Assembly: GCF_001194135.2 (NCBI RefSeq) | Contig: NC_068981.1 | Location: 21,055,009-21,106,210 of the forward strand | DNA length: 51,202 nucleotides | Reading direction: 5' to 3' | From: Octopus bimaculoides | Lineage: Eukaryota | Part shown: piece after piece, positions 1 to 10,889 of the stretch | How positions within the stretch are numbered: position 1 is the stretch's first letter | Layout of the letters: each line of letters opens with the position of its first letter | Translations under genes and position numbers: made by a program | The notes under the pieces: model-generated | What the model was told of the DNA's origin: nothing | Database searches by the model: none | What the model saw: the letters and a program-made list of their open reading frames with translations, nothing else

Positions 1-331
1 ATATATATATATATATATACACACAGTTAAATTGAGAAAGTCAAATCCTCATTAGAGATTATATAATCCAAGATATTCCATTGGTTTAATCTGTATCATA
101 TAATGGTAATGCCATTGGTATATGTTTAGGATTATTAAATTTTTTAACATTGAGGGAAAACAGGTAGGAGAAAATGGAGAATAAATGGATGTAATTACTG
201 ATTTATATGCATGTTATAAAAAAATGACATTTGTTTTGAAAAAAAAACATTACAAATAAATTGATTGGAAGTTGAAAGCTCAAAAAAAAAATTAATATAA
301 AAATAAAAAAAAGAACCTACATATATTTCAG

Positions 332-409
332 TCGTACCATTTAGATGATGGGAATCTCCAAGCATATGGCTTAATGCCAAAGAAGTTGTCACATTCAAAC
401 TATATTGTG
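332..409 (+). CDS. Candidate internal coding exon (phase 0/0, SYHLDDGNLQAYGLMPKKLSHSNYIV), product unknown
   Basis: TTTCAG acceptor at 326-331, GTG|GTAGGG donor at 410, only one open frame. The polypyrimidine tract is weak, and a competing minus-strand reading exists (LFFEPLPQYSLNVTTSLALSHMLGDSHHLNGTTEIY ending at a GTAGGT donor). Confidence 0.25.
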
Positions 410-700
410 GTAGGGGTTCAAAAAAGAGCTAACGCACCTTAAATAATCATTTTATCTTTTGAGGGAAGTGTATAGTATTAGCAGGTTAAAGTTAAAAGCC
501 ATGTATTAGATTTTATTTGATTGGTAAGTTTTATATATATATGCATATATATATATATAAAGTAACTAACTAAAGAAAGGAATTCCTTCAAAGGGGTGTG
601 TAAAACATCCAATTCACTGGTACGTCAGTTGAATACATAAAAAAAGATAACATAAAAAAATCAAAAGAGCCAACAATTTGTTTCGACTTATATACATTAT

Positions 701-1390
701 TTGATTATATATATCCATATATATATATATATCCATATATATATATCCATACATACATATCCATACATACATATATATATATATCCATACATATATATAT
801 ATCCATATATATCCATATATATATATATATCCATCTATATATATATATATATATATCCATCTATATATATANNNNNNNNNNNNNNNNNNNNNNNNNNNNN
901 NNNNNNNNNNNNNNNNNNNNNNNNNNNNNNNNNNNNNNNNNNNNNNNNNNNNNNNNNNNNNNNNNNNNNNNNNNNNNNNNNNNNNNNNNNNNNNNNNNNN
1001 NNNNNNNNNNNNNNNNNNNNNNNNNNNNNNNNNNNNNNNNNNNNNNNNNNNNNNNNNNNNNNNNNNNNNNNNNNNNNNNNNNNNNNNNNNNNNNNNNNNN
1101 NNNNNNNNNNNNNNNNNNNNNNNNNNNNNNNNNNNNNNNNNNNNNNNNNNNNNNNNNNNNNNNNNNNNNNNNNNNNNNNNNNNNNNNNNNNNNNNNNNNN
1201 NNNNNNNNNNNNTATATATATATATATATATATATCCATACATATGTATATATATATATATATATCCATACATATGTATATATATATATATATATATCCA
1301 TACATATGTATATATATATATCCATATATATCCATACATATGTATATATATCCATATATATCCATATATATATATACATACATACATGTG
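701..1390. repeat. Compound (TA)n/(TATATCCA)-type microsatellite spanning assembly gap N872-1212
   Basis: Repeated atatatatatccat / catacatatg units on both sides of the N run. Confidence 0.95.
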
Positions 1391-1655
1391 TATATTGACA
1401 TATGTTTATGGATTTGTGTGTGTGTACATGTACATATATTTGTTTGTGTATCTTGACATTGTGTCCTTCGTTAGAGCACCTAGAATGTGTGTATGCATGT
1501 GCTTGTGTATATATAGACACGATATTTCAATCATACCTGTTCATTTGTAAATATTCCCAAGCACATCAGTAAACCATTTGCAGATCTTTTATAACTCCTT
1601 TTAATAAAACTCATGAAAAGAATGTTTTTTCTAAAATACCTGCTTTCTCTTGCAG

Positions 1656-1901
1656 AAAGTGAACTCATTTTACATGTCATGTAATTTTATTGTCGTTTTT
1701 TTTTTAAGAATGAAAAAAAAAAAATGACATTTATATAAATTTTTCTCTGACTTGGCTTATTTATTTCAATGTTATTACTCACGATGTTGTTAACTGTTTA
1801 TTTTGTTTTTCTAATGACCCTCTTTCAGTTCTCTGAGACTGGCAGATGAAAGACAAGAAGTTATCCTTACACTAGAGACCTGGCCTGATCATTTGCAATA
1901 G
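1656..1901 (+). CDS. Candidate last two coding exons (1656-1680 and 1829-1901) of an unidentified gene, spliced reading ..SELILHVISLRLADERQEVILTLETWPDHLQ*
   Basis: Strong acceptors tgctttctcttgcag (1641-1655) and ttctaatgaccctctttcag (with CTAAT branch-like motif), CAT|GTAATT donor at 1681, 148-bp intron. Joining is open if the first exon is entered in phase 1; entry in phase 0 gives KVNSFYMSFL*. Confidence 0.35.
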
Positions 1902-2281
1902 TGGATGTCACAAAAACAATGAAAATTTCATTGGTGGTGTTAAATTGGTTAGTTAGCTAGTCTGCTACTCAAGAATGGGAACTATCCATTGAATGGGCTT
2001 CTACACTGTTTCATTTCATAAAATTTCACTTATGAATCTTTAGTTGATTTGAGGCAATACTAGAAGTCATTGTCATTATAGGGGAAATAGTGATATATAT
2101 ATATATAGTCCAAATAATGAAAGATGAAAGTTATAGCAAAAGTAGGTTTGTAATTGAACATGGAACTTTGGATCCTATAGATTTGATTTAGCAAGATGTT
2201 CAATAGAACATATACAATTTTACTTTGCATTTGACAGAGTATATTTTTATGCCCTACCTTATCGATATTACAGCATTTATT

Positions 2282-2840
2282 CATCATCATCATTGTTTAA
2301 CGTTTGTTTTCCATGCTGGCATGGGTTGGACAGTTTGACTGAAGACTGGCAAGCCAGTAGGCTGTACCAGGCTCCAGTCTGATCTAGCCGTGTTTCTACA
2401 GCTGAATGCCCTTCCTAACGCCAACCACTCCGAGAGTGTAGTGGGTGCTTTTCATGTGCCAGTTAGGCAGCACTAGCATTGACCATGTTTGGATGGTGTT
2501 TTTTACATGCCACCAGCACAGGAGCCAGTAGGTGGGGCACTGGCATCGACCATCTTTCGATTGTGCTTTTTACGTTCCACTGGCACGGGGAGCCAATCAG
2601 ACGGCACTGGCATCGACCCACGCTTGAATGGCGTTTATTACATGCCACCAGCACGAGTGCCTGTCAATCGGCAGTGGTATCGGCCACAACTATGATTTCC
2701 ATTTTGATTTCTATTTTACTAGACTCAATAGGTCTTCTCAAGTATAGTGTATCACCTGACAATTCAGGGGTACTTTTAAATGGGCTGGTTATGCCACACT
2801 GGTATTAGCCATGGCTGTGATCTCACTTTTCTTTCTGGGT
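2282..2840 (-). mobile_element. RTE-type retroposon 3' end with (GAT)n tail and ~65-bp tandem 3'UTR modules
   Basis: catcatcat tail, ccatgctggcatgggttgga / gatgcccttcctaacgccaaccac core found in more than 10 other copies here, and 3-4 copies of the ttttacatgccaccagcac module. Colinear with the 3'UTR of the RTE at 41030-41345. Confidence 0.85.
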
Positions 2841-3339
2841 CATTGGCCAAGATTCAATTTCACTTGACACAACAGACTTTTGTTGGTTGGAATAAAACAG
2901 TAAAATATACAAAATATAGATGGGGACGACTGACTTCAAGATATTTAAATGTAGCACCATTTAACAGTAGTAAGCTACTGGGAAAGTTTTCTTAATCATC
3001 TAACGAGCAGACACCCTGTGGCCATTTGGGATTCTTTTTGGAACGTGTTCATTTATTAACAGCTCAGTTTTAATGTTACATGGCTTTCATTTTGTACTAA
3101 ATCCAAGAACATTTGGAAAACGAACGTCTTTGACAAGATTACTAAGATTATTGAATACATGACATTTTTTACGGGTACTACGTGAAACTTATGCTTTGTT
3201 TTCTTCATTACATAATTTCTTTTAATTAGATTTATGATGCTCACAGCAATGGTTATGGCTAATATTCATATTACTAAAATACTTTGACAAGTTATAAAAG
3301 TGAACACTGACATGGAAGTAACGTAAGCTTACTAATAAA

Positions 3340-4520
3340 AGGGAAGTAAGCAACACCGGTAGTGTTTTCTATAGTTATCTCCCCTTTCTCAGTCGTCTTT
3401 AGCAATTTGCAATAATTTATTTTACTTTCACTTGCATTTCATTTTCTTTCGCTTTCTCTCGCCACCTTGAGCACAATTTCCTTCCTCACCACCGACTCTA
3501 AATATATTCAGTCTCTCTCCATACACACACTATAAATACACATTTTTTTCTTTACTCTTTCATCCTAAACGCTAGAAATATTCTGTCTCTCCACATTAGA
3601 AACATACTCTCCTATACATACACACTCCATAAACAATCTCAGTAACAGCACACACAAAACACCACTCTCGTTATACATACATTCTAATTATGCTCTTTCT
3701 TAACACACACATGCTTTTCCCTTCAAAATATGAGGAATCTCTCCCTAAAAAATATTTACACACTCTCTTATTTACTACAGACACTATATACTACTATCAC
3801 CTGACACATTATTACATAATCTCGCTCTCTTACATTCTGTCACCATTTTATAAGATGCTTGTGGTATTTAGTTATGTCCCTTTACATTCTGAGTTCAAAT
3901 CCTACCGAGGTCAACATTGATAAAATGAATACCAGTCAAACCTTAGGGTCTAAATACTATTCCGAGAATAACTGGAATAACTAAAGGCTAACAAACCGCT
4001 GTATTACACTCCCTCCCTCCATCTCTTACATTCATACTCTCTTTTGACTCCTTCCCTCTCTCTTTGCACCCATACCCTCTTTTTTTTTTGTTTTTGCACT
4101 CTATTTGCTACACTCACTTATTTTGTACTTACCCTCTTTTTCTCTTACACTCATTTTTATTTCTCTTTCCTCACCCTACTACCACTTCATGCAACATCAT
4201 TAAAACTTGCGCAGTCGCTTATCGGGTTTCTATCCATTTTCCTCAATCTCTTCTATTAAATACATACACTTTATCTTTCACAATCTTTCTTTCTCTCTCA
4301 CACACACATACACCCTCTCACATGCTACCTGTTTCTAACACACACACACCCCCAAGCAGATACGCAGTTTCTCCCCCATATACACCTACTTTCACTCTAT
4401 ATCTTCGTTCCTCCCTCAATCATCACCACAACAACCACCAAAGGTCTCACTCAGTTCACACCACCTCCGCCGCCAACACCAAGCTTTACTCAATTCACTA
4501 CCACTACCAAGATTCTATAT
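3340..4520. repeat. Pyrimidine-rich (CT/CA) low-complexity tract containing a family-B SINE fragment (3855-3990)
   Basis: Strong C/T strand bias with degenerate tctctctcc/catacacac repeats; the ttctgagttcaaatcctaccgaggtcaac fragment matches family B. Confidence 0.7.
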
Positions 4521-4921
4521 AGAGTGCATCTCTGGGTGCTGCTGTAGTAGTAGTATACAACTGTATAATGCAGTATACCGTGCATTTCAATACACCAGTT
4601 GCAGTCAGTACACGCGCACACGCATGTACTTACCACTCACACACACTCTCTGACAATACATACATAAATGCATACATGTTCTCTCTCTCTCTCTCTCTGC
4701 CATTATATATGCATATGTGTGTAGTCTATCATATTTTCATTGCTTGTTCAACATGTCAGATCAACTTTAGTTATGGAACTATCGTAATATTTCAGAACTG
4801 TCTGTCTGTGCGTCCTTCTTGAATCAATGAATGTCGACTGCAACATCTGTTATTTTCTGTAACAGATGTTATTCAACAAACTACACTCACTTCTTCCCTC
4901 ACTATACTCGCTCCTTCACTC

Positions 4922-4965
4922 ACTCACCGGTACTAGTTAATTTGGCGGTCGCGGGAGAGAGGTTT
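4922..4965 (-). promoter_or_regulatory. Putative CpG-rich first-exon end with consensus 5' splice donor (CCG|GTGAGT)
   Basis: Minus strand reads cctctctcccgcgaccgccaaattaactagtaccg|gtgagtgagtg: a local CpG cluster in AT-rich surroundings with no open ATG frame, i.e. a 5'UTR-type exon. Confidence 0.35.
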
Positions 4966-6429
4966 CATATAATTATTTAATTGTTGTTTTTTTTTTTTCA
5001 CGCTATTTCATGGTTAATTTCTTTAAAAGTATTTGTGTGTGTGTGTAAGAGAGAGAGAGAAAGACTTTCAGTCTTAATATCTTAACTTTTAACTAACGAG
5101 ACGTAGTGTCACTCAACGCAATGAACTTCTCTTCAAGACGGCTATTTTTAGATTATTTTTTTAGGGTAATAAAAAAAGGACAATTTATTCAACAGAATCT
5201 ATAGAATTTTTTATATCATAAAAGAAAAATTTTTCGAGAATCTTCACTGTGGAATTGTGTTCTTTGTAGTAATGAAACCACTCTTCATGAAAATCTAAAT
5301 ACGACTCGAGTCAACGAGGGAACCTTTGCGTGCTCTATTAGAAAATAACAGCTAAATCCCCTTAAGTCACATTCTAACAGTAGCGTTCCCCAGCCGGGTT
5401 TTCCCGGAACGTACAGGTTCCACGAGAATAGCCATAAATAGGCTAATTATATGCAAATGCATTTCGAGTAATTTTTGTGGTTAATTCTATTTTCGTAATT
5501 TTATTATTATACACGCACAGCATATTTGAAATCTCCGTATCTGTAGGTAGTAAGGATAACCTACGAGCGAAAAAGACGACCTTTTAATAAAAAAATTGTA
5601 ATGGAATTTGGTCTAAATGCTTTGGTAAAGACAAATTTCCTTAAACCCTCTTCGTAGTATTTGATGGATTTAATCTTTCGAAGACTTTTATGATTTGTTT
5701 AATGTTTTTATGAAATTTAACTTAATGAAAGAAAAATTAATAAAGATACATATTTCTATATAGGGATTCTTTGGTACATGGGTTGTATTTCAACAGTTCC
5801 TCAAGAGTAAAACGGTCGTGAAACGCTGCTCTACATTCTTAAAAGAAGGTGCACACTATAAAATGTACTTCAACACGGTGTTGAATTTCGTTTTTAGCCA
5901 AGATTGCTTTCGTCAACACCAGTAATGTGTCTTAAAAAATATATGATCAAAAAGAAAATGTCTTCTTTCAGATGAACTAAAGTGTTCGATAACGAAAATA
6001 AATCGATGAAACCTGTGTTATACAATTGTGTCACGAGAATATTTATTCAATTAATTTGTTAAGTATAAATATAGTACGTGATAAATAAATAAAAACTGCT
6101 GGATAAAATTTAACAATGGTTTTATTTACAATCTGCACTGGTTGATCAATCAATGTAGCAATGACAAGTTCTACTAATCATTATAAATTGTACATACATT
6201 CTGACGCTTCGATTTCGACATAAAAAAGAACAAAAATAACATACAAAGATTAATGTCACAAATATACTATAAAAAGTGAAAGGCACATAAATTTAAAAAA
6301 AGGAATGTTAGTTATAGAGACGAACACAACGTTCTACAAATTTGTTGATGAAAGAGAGGAGGGGAAAGGTGTGTGTGTGTGCATACGCTCATATAAAGAA
6401 CAACAAATATGTGACAGATGCAAGTGTGT

Positions 6430-6720
6430 CCGCATGATGCGTGCGTTACTTGCGAGTAAAGTCTACATGCTTTCGTACAAGTGAGTCTGTACAAAGTTCT
6501 ATGCATATAATCTGTCAAAATCGTATAGTGGAGGGAAGCAGAAGTAACTGTAGACGTAAGTTGTTGCATTCAGCCAAGATTGCATGTGGTATAGCTGCGT
6601 ATATGTAATATAGTTCATCTGTACAAGTGTGGAAAAGAAAGAAGGAATACTGGTAGAAAAGTTCAGCACCATTTGTGGAAATCGTTAGTGAGAAGTCTGA
6701 GTACCTAAGCTGTTGTTGAA
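6430..6720 (-). mobile_element. Possible second, more diverged Gypsy gag relic
   Basis: Minus frame GAELFYQYSFFLFHTCTDELYYIYAAIPHAILAECNNL followed after a frameshift by HYTILTDYMHRTL. This resembles the Gypsy gag N-terminal pattern ELWFAQ..F...T.D..KYYYV.AALP....AEV.DL..PY..LK..L. Confidence 0.35.
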
Positions 6721-7453
6721 AGGTAGTCTGGTGAGCTCATGGTAGTTCTTGTATAGGTTCAACCGTAGCTCTGCTAGTTGGGAAGGGTGGAATGATTGTT
6801 GAGCTGGTCACTGTACTCTGTGGCAGTTTCTGGTTTGCCAATAAAAGCTATATATGAATTGATAGTTTCATAGCTGGTCTGCTGTTCATCATTGCTATCC
6901 CATGGTACTTAATAGCTTTTCTGCTGTGACTAAGACTACGATGACTGCCAGAAACATTGCTTTGTGGTACGTTTCCTGTGTGCTGGGCCTGAAACTTTGA
7001 GCTAGGGTGTATACCCGACAACTATCAATTCATTTTTGAGTGGCCAGAGTCGTCCGTTGATATACAGCATCAGTTTGCTGATTGGTTCGAAAGGTGATTG
7101 ACGCAGGCACGTCTGTCAATGGGCAGAGCACCTGGATAGGTGAACGGGCTGTTGCAGCAGTTGATTGGTCAAAAAAATAACGTAGGCACGTCCCCTGAAG
7201 AAGTAGACATATTAGCCGATTACTTTTGAAGCTGATGATAAAGACACGATTGTTGACGATAGCCTGGAAGTTGCATAGATTTGTAGTTTTACATTTGAGT
7301 CACAGGCACGCCGCGGGTACGTGTATAATAGTGCATTCGTATTCCGGGAGAGAGAGAGAGAGAGAAAGAAAGAATACATTCTGCTAAAAAGGTTCTGTAC
7401 CATTGGTTGAAACTTAACTACGAAGTAGTTGGGTATATTGTATTATATACAGC

Positions 7454-8074
7454 TGTAGAGCTGTATTTGTTTTCTTCTTAGTCGTCGAACTGCCTTTATT
7501 TTTCTGAATTATTGTCTAGCTAGAGTTACTGTTTAAAAAATCAACCGATAAGTTAAGCTTCTGCTGTGTGACCAGTGACACTAGGTAATGTAACTTCGGC
7601 CTGATTGGTCCGAATAGGTATGTCTGTTGAAGAAATGCATTAGCTGATTGTCTGAAAGGTGATGATGACACTTCTGTTGATGTCAACGCTTCTGGGCAGA
7701 TGAAGGGGCTATAAGCGATGTCGTGTGTTAATAACGCCGGGTCTTCTTGGTGAATGGTTAGCTGCTGCACCAGTTGATTGGTTCGAAATGTAATGACATA
7801 GACACGCTTGTTGACCCTACCCTGTTGTAGACGGTTGTTGACAAAAGCAAACTGTCAATTTCTGGATCTACATGCACTAGCGTAGCTAGAGTGCGTGCCG
7901 CCTGGGGCGGCCCTTCCGTTTGCCGGACCCCACAGAATACACATATTGTCTACAGCAGACCCCAAAATCCCGTCCCTTTAAAAGTGCAGTTCGGGGCGGA
8001 CCGCCCCCAACTACGCTAGTGTCTACATGCGATTAACGAAGGTATTGTAAATACAATATGAGGAATTCGTTACA
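7454..8074 (-). mobile_element. Putative 3' LTR of the Gypsy element (lower boundary uncertain)
   Basis: Follows the pol end and a purine run (agagagag) on the minus strand, starts TGTAACG at 8074, has CCAAT boxes and AATAAA at 7495-7500, and a possible CA terminus at 7454. No matching 5' LTR was found. Confidence 0.5.
7875..8021. mobile_element. hAT-like MITE (147 bp) inserted in the putative LTR
   Basis: Perfect 11-bp TIR CACTAGCGTAG (7875-7885; 8011-8021) and perfect 8-bp TSD TCTACATG (7867-7874; 8022-8029). Confidence 0.9.
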
Positions 8075-8129
8075 TTAGCTCTCTCTATGTTGCTGTTCAC
8101 GAGAAGAATAACAATGGGTATTTGTTTTT

Positions 8130-9903
8130 ATAGTAGCGAGAAGTGAATATTTCTATCGCAAAGGAAGTACGTGCATGGAATGAACGGATAAACAGATGTC
8201 TCGATCTAGTTTTCCTGATAACTAGTGGAGAAATTACAACACTGTTGGTAGGATAAGATACTGGTGTAAGCGATGACTGACTCAAGCTTGGTAACATGTC
8301 ACTCTCCCGATGATCTTGCTTCAGACGGCCAACGCTAACACTCTTATTTTCTTGTATATCAATGATGAAAAACTTGGACATATGAAATGTCCATAATAGA
8401 GTGTCTGAAGTGACTTTGTAACATAACTGCATGGTAGCGAATGAACATATGTGACCAACTGAGGAGATCTTGTGGAACATAATTTTGTGATCGAGTCTCA
8501 GTTGGCGATAGATTGGACAAGTGCTCAAATAATCGGCGAACATAGTTGGATGGATTGACGAAGTAAGTTAGCTCCCAGGATGAGGGCAAGTCAACGATGA
8601 ATATCGATGTAAATATTTAGTGCAGTCCCAAATCAAACGTCAGAAGTCTCTCATTGCATACGGTAACAGGAAAGCTATTGATGGCTTCAAATAACACGGC
8701 AGGAGGTATATTGGTGAAGGCGCATGGCTTTGGGGTTAGCATATTCGGCTCACGATCGTAAGTTCCTGACTTTGATTCCCGGCGGTTGTTGTGTCCTTGA
8801 GCAAGTCACTTTATTATTTCACGTTGCTCTAGTTCACTCAGCTGGCAAAAGAAATATTACCTGTATTTCAAAGGGCCGGCTTTGTTACATTCTGTGTCAC
8901 ACTGAATCTCCCAGAGAACTATATCAAGGGTACGCGTGTCTGTAGAGTGTTCAGTCACTTGCACGTTAAGTTAATGAACAGGTCGTTCCGTTGATCGGAT
9001 CAACTGGAACCCTCGTCGTCGAAAGCGACGGAGTGCTAGTTTAGAGCATATGAGTCGATGGTAGGATGTTGGCTTCCTCTCCAGTGTCTACGAGAAAAGG
9101 TGTCAATTTTTTAATCGCTAGTGTAAAATAGGTGATTGTTGAATTATGGTCAGTTACATTTTCGGCTCTAATTCTTGGCTTCGTTGTTTTTCTTTCTAAA
9201 TGGGGAGTATTTTCAGTATGAACAAATTTGAATATAAAGGTTTTCACATCTAACTTTCTGTGATAACGCCGTTCCTCACGCCTGTAGAAACTGGTAGTTA
9301 TGCGAACACTAGCAGGAAATGTTACGTGAGGGGTTATTTCCTTTGCTTGGTCTCTTTAGCCGATCGCTATAGAGTTATATTTCGAGTGTTTGCAGCTGAC
9401 GTATCAAAGTTGCAACCCGAGCACTGAAATCCGCCACTTCTGACTGTAGCTACAGCGTAAGGATTTATATTCCACAGATCCGATGTGCGCAATTGAATAC
9501 AAGGGCGAAGATTTCCGCTATACTAACTACCAACTGGGCTAACTGTTCAGCAAAATAGTTTTTGTAGTGTGTAATCTCCCGACAGTTGATGTCTCTTGCA
9601 TAGGAGTTGGTGTGCTGTCACCTACTCTTCCGAAATGGTAAGCTAGTGTAACTGCTTCTGTTGAGATGTAGAGGTAACTAACTCTTTCCTCGGGGCCACA
9701 CAGCTCACAATGGATGGTGGAATAGTAGACAAGTCTTATTTCTTAGGCTACCCCTGGCTGAAGCGGGCTCACAATTGAAGCAGAACGCATAGTTTCTGAC
9801 GACATAATTAATACTTGTCAAAAAAACCGCGTCGCAACTTGTGCGAACCAGAACGGAAAGCTGGGAAAGGAGGAAAATTCAAACTGTCTGTTGTCTGCAA
9901 CAT
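8130..9903 (-). mobile_element. Degenerate Ty3/Gypsy gag-protease fused to integrase C-terminus; RT, RNase H and integrase core absent
   Basis: gag motifs SLNFPPF / WFAQV / NYVV / SQQKQLH*LTISEE / HQLL; protease FLVDTGEEANILP and LILGANLLRQ; then PSNYVRRLFEHL..YVPQDL..MFIRYHAV..YYGHF..KFFIIDIQENKSVSVGRLKQ..RKTRSRH (integrase GPY/F region). Multiple stops and frameshifts. Confidence 0.85.
8715..9038 (+). mobile_element. tRNA-derived SINE, family A (full length), inserted in the Gypsy protease
   Basis: tgaaggcgcatggc head with degenerate A/B boxes; colinear with copies at 44359-44685, 49097-49386 and 18790-18957. Confidence 0.9.
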
Positions 9904-9916
9904 TGGGAACATCTCT

Positions 9917-10080
9917 AAGGCGGCGAGCTGGCAGAAACGTTAGCACGCCGGGCGAAATGCTTAGTGGTATTTCGTCTGTCTTTACGTTCCGAGTTTAAAT
10001 TCCGCCGAAGTCGATTTTGCCTTTTATCCTCTCGGGATCGATAAAATAAGGGCCTTGTGCCTAGAGTAGAAAAGAATATT
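9917..10080 (+). mobile_element. SINE family B with ~60-bp internal deletion, inserted at the gag start
   Basis: aaggcggcgagctggcaga head; TSD ATTGGGA(A/G)CATC at 9902-9913 and 10078-10089; colinear with the 26300 and 30559 copies except for the missing segment. Confidence 0.9.
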
Positions 10081-10285
10081 GGGAGCATCATTGATTGATG
10101 TATTTTGCATTACACCATCAGCACCCCCCCCCCAAAAAAAAACCGTTTGAGAAGTGATATGAGGTTTCGATTTTGATGTCAAGAAATAATGTACACAGAA
10201 AAAATGAATGTTTCAATAAACTCAAAGGAATGGGTGCTGTCGAGATAAGGATGAACACAACGTTTTACAAGTTTATTAACGATAT

Positions 10286-10312
10286 ACATACATACATACA
10301 TACATACATACA

Positions 10313-10344
<32 letters not shown>

Positions 10345-10425
10345 GATATACATATGCATAAATACATAACATTACATGCAAAATCATAGATGTATGTGTG
10401 TGTGTATATGTGTGTGTGCGTGTGT
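10286..10425. repeat. (CATA)n and (TG)n microsatellites
   Basis: Direct reading. Confidence 0.95.
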
Positions 10426-10563
10426 ATTTCAGTTTGATGTTGGGAAGTAAGCACACATATTAGTAAAAAGGTTTTGCACTTTTAGTGGATACCGTTGGTC
10501 ATGAAAAAGCTTGTATCTTATGTCCTTCTATGTAGTTGTGGAACTGCATTTATTCCTCTATGT

Positions 10564-10733
10564 TAGGGGTTTCCGAACTTTTTAGACTACCGACCCCTTC
10601 ATGGAATCCTTGACCNNNNNNNNNNCATCAACCCCGAGGCATGTACAAGAAAATAAATAAATAATAATAATTAAATAGATGTGCAGTTTATCAATCTCTT
10701 GAATACTCTCGTCGACCACTTTGGAGACCCCTG
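10564..10733. mobile_element. hAT (Charlie-like) MITE containing a 10-N gap
   Basis: TIR TAGGGGTTTCCGAA / rc CAGGGGTCTCCAAA and perfect 8-bp TSD CTCTATGT (10556-10563; 10734-10741). Confidence 0.85.
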
Positions 10734-10889
10734 CTCTATGTAATTGTCGACCTGTATTTACTTCTCCGCATAAAGAAATTTTGAAGGCTGCAGCGCCCTG
10801 ACAGCCAACAACTGACGAGGACAGTTTATTCCATGCTATAATAAGCATTAACGTGAAAAAAATGTCTCTGACAATCATGGGTGCTGCGC

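Noticed and set aside
485-523. Possible exon ending at consensus donor TTG|GTAAGT
   Set aside because: Every acceptor/frame combination tried contains a stop; could only be non-coding.
614-1520. Long 188-257 aa ORFs (YI/IY-rich)
   Set aside because: Read-through of TA/CATA microsatellite and N gap; not coding.
5286-5430. Repeat-like fragment and a hAT-like end (cagtagcgttcccc)
   Set aside because: No second terminus or TSD found; family cannot be supported.
6854-7033. 14-bp inverted repeat atgaattgatagtt / aactatcaattcat
   Set aside because: No TSD, AT-rich and short; plausibly chance.
8715-8800. tRNA gene at SINE heads (also 35561, 44359)
   Set aside because: A/B boxes are degenerate, no cloverleaf, and the sequence continues into a multi-copy SINE body.
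6400-9903. Domesticated gag gene or endogenous virus with env
   Set aside because: Both gag-like segments carry stops and frameshifts, and no env-like hydrophobic ORF is visible.
10090-10140. C-run (G-run on minus) as PPT or 5' LTR of the Gypsy element
   Set aside because: Wrong position for a PPT and no similarity to the 7454-8074 putative LTR; no 5' LTR or PBS found.
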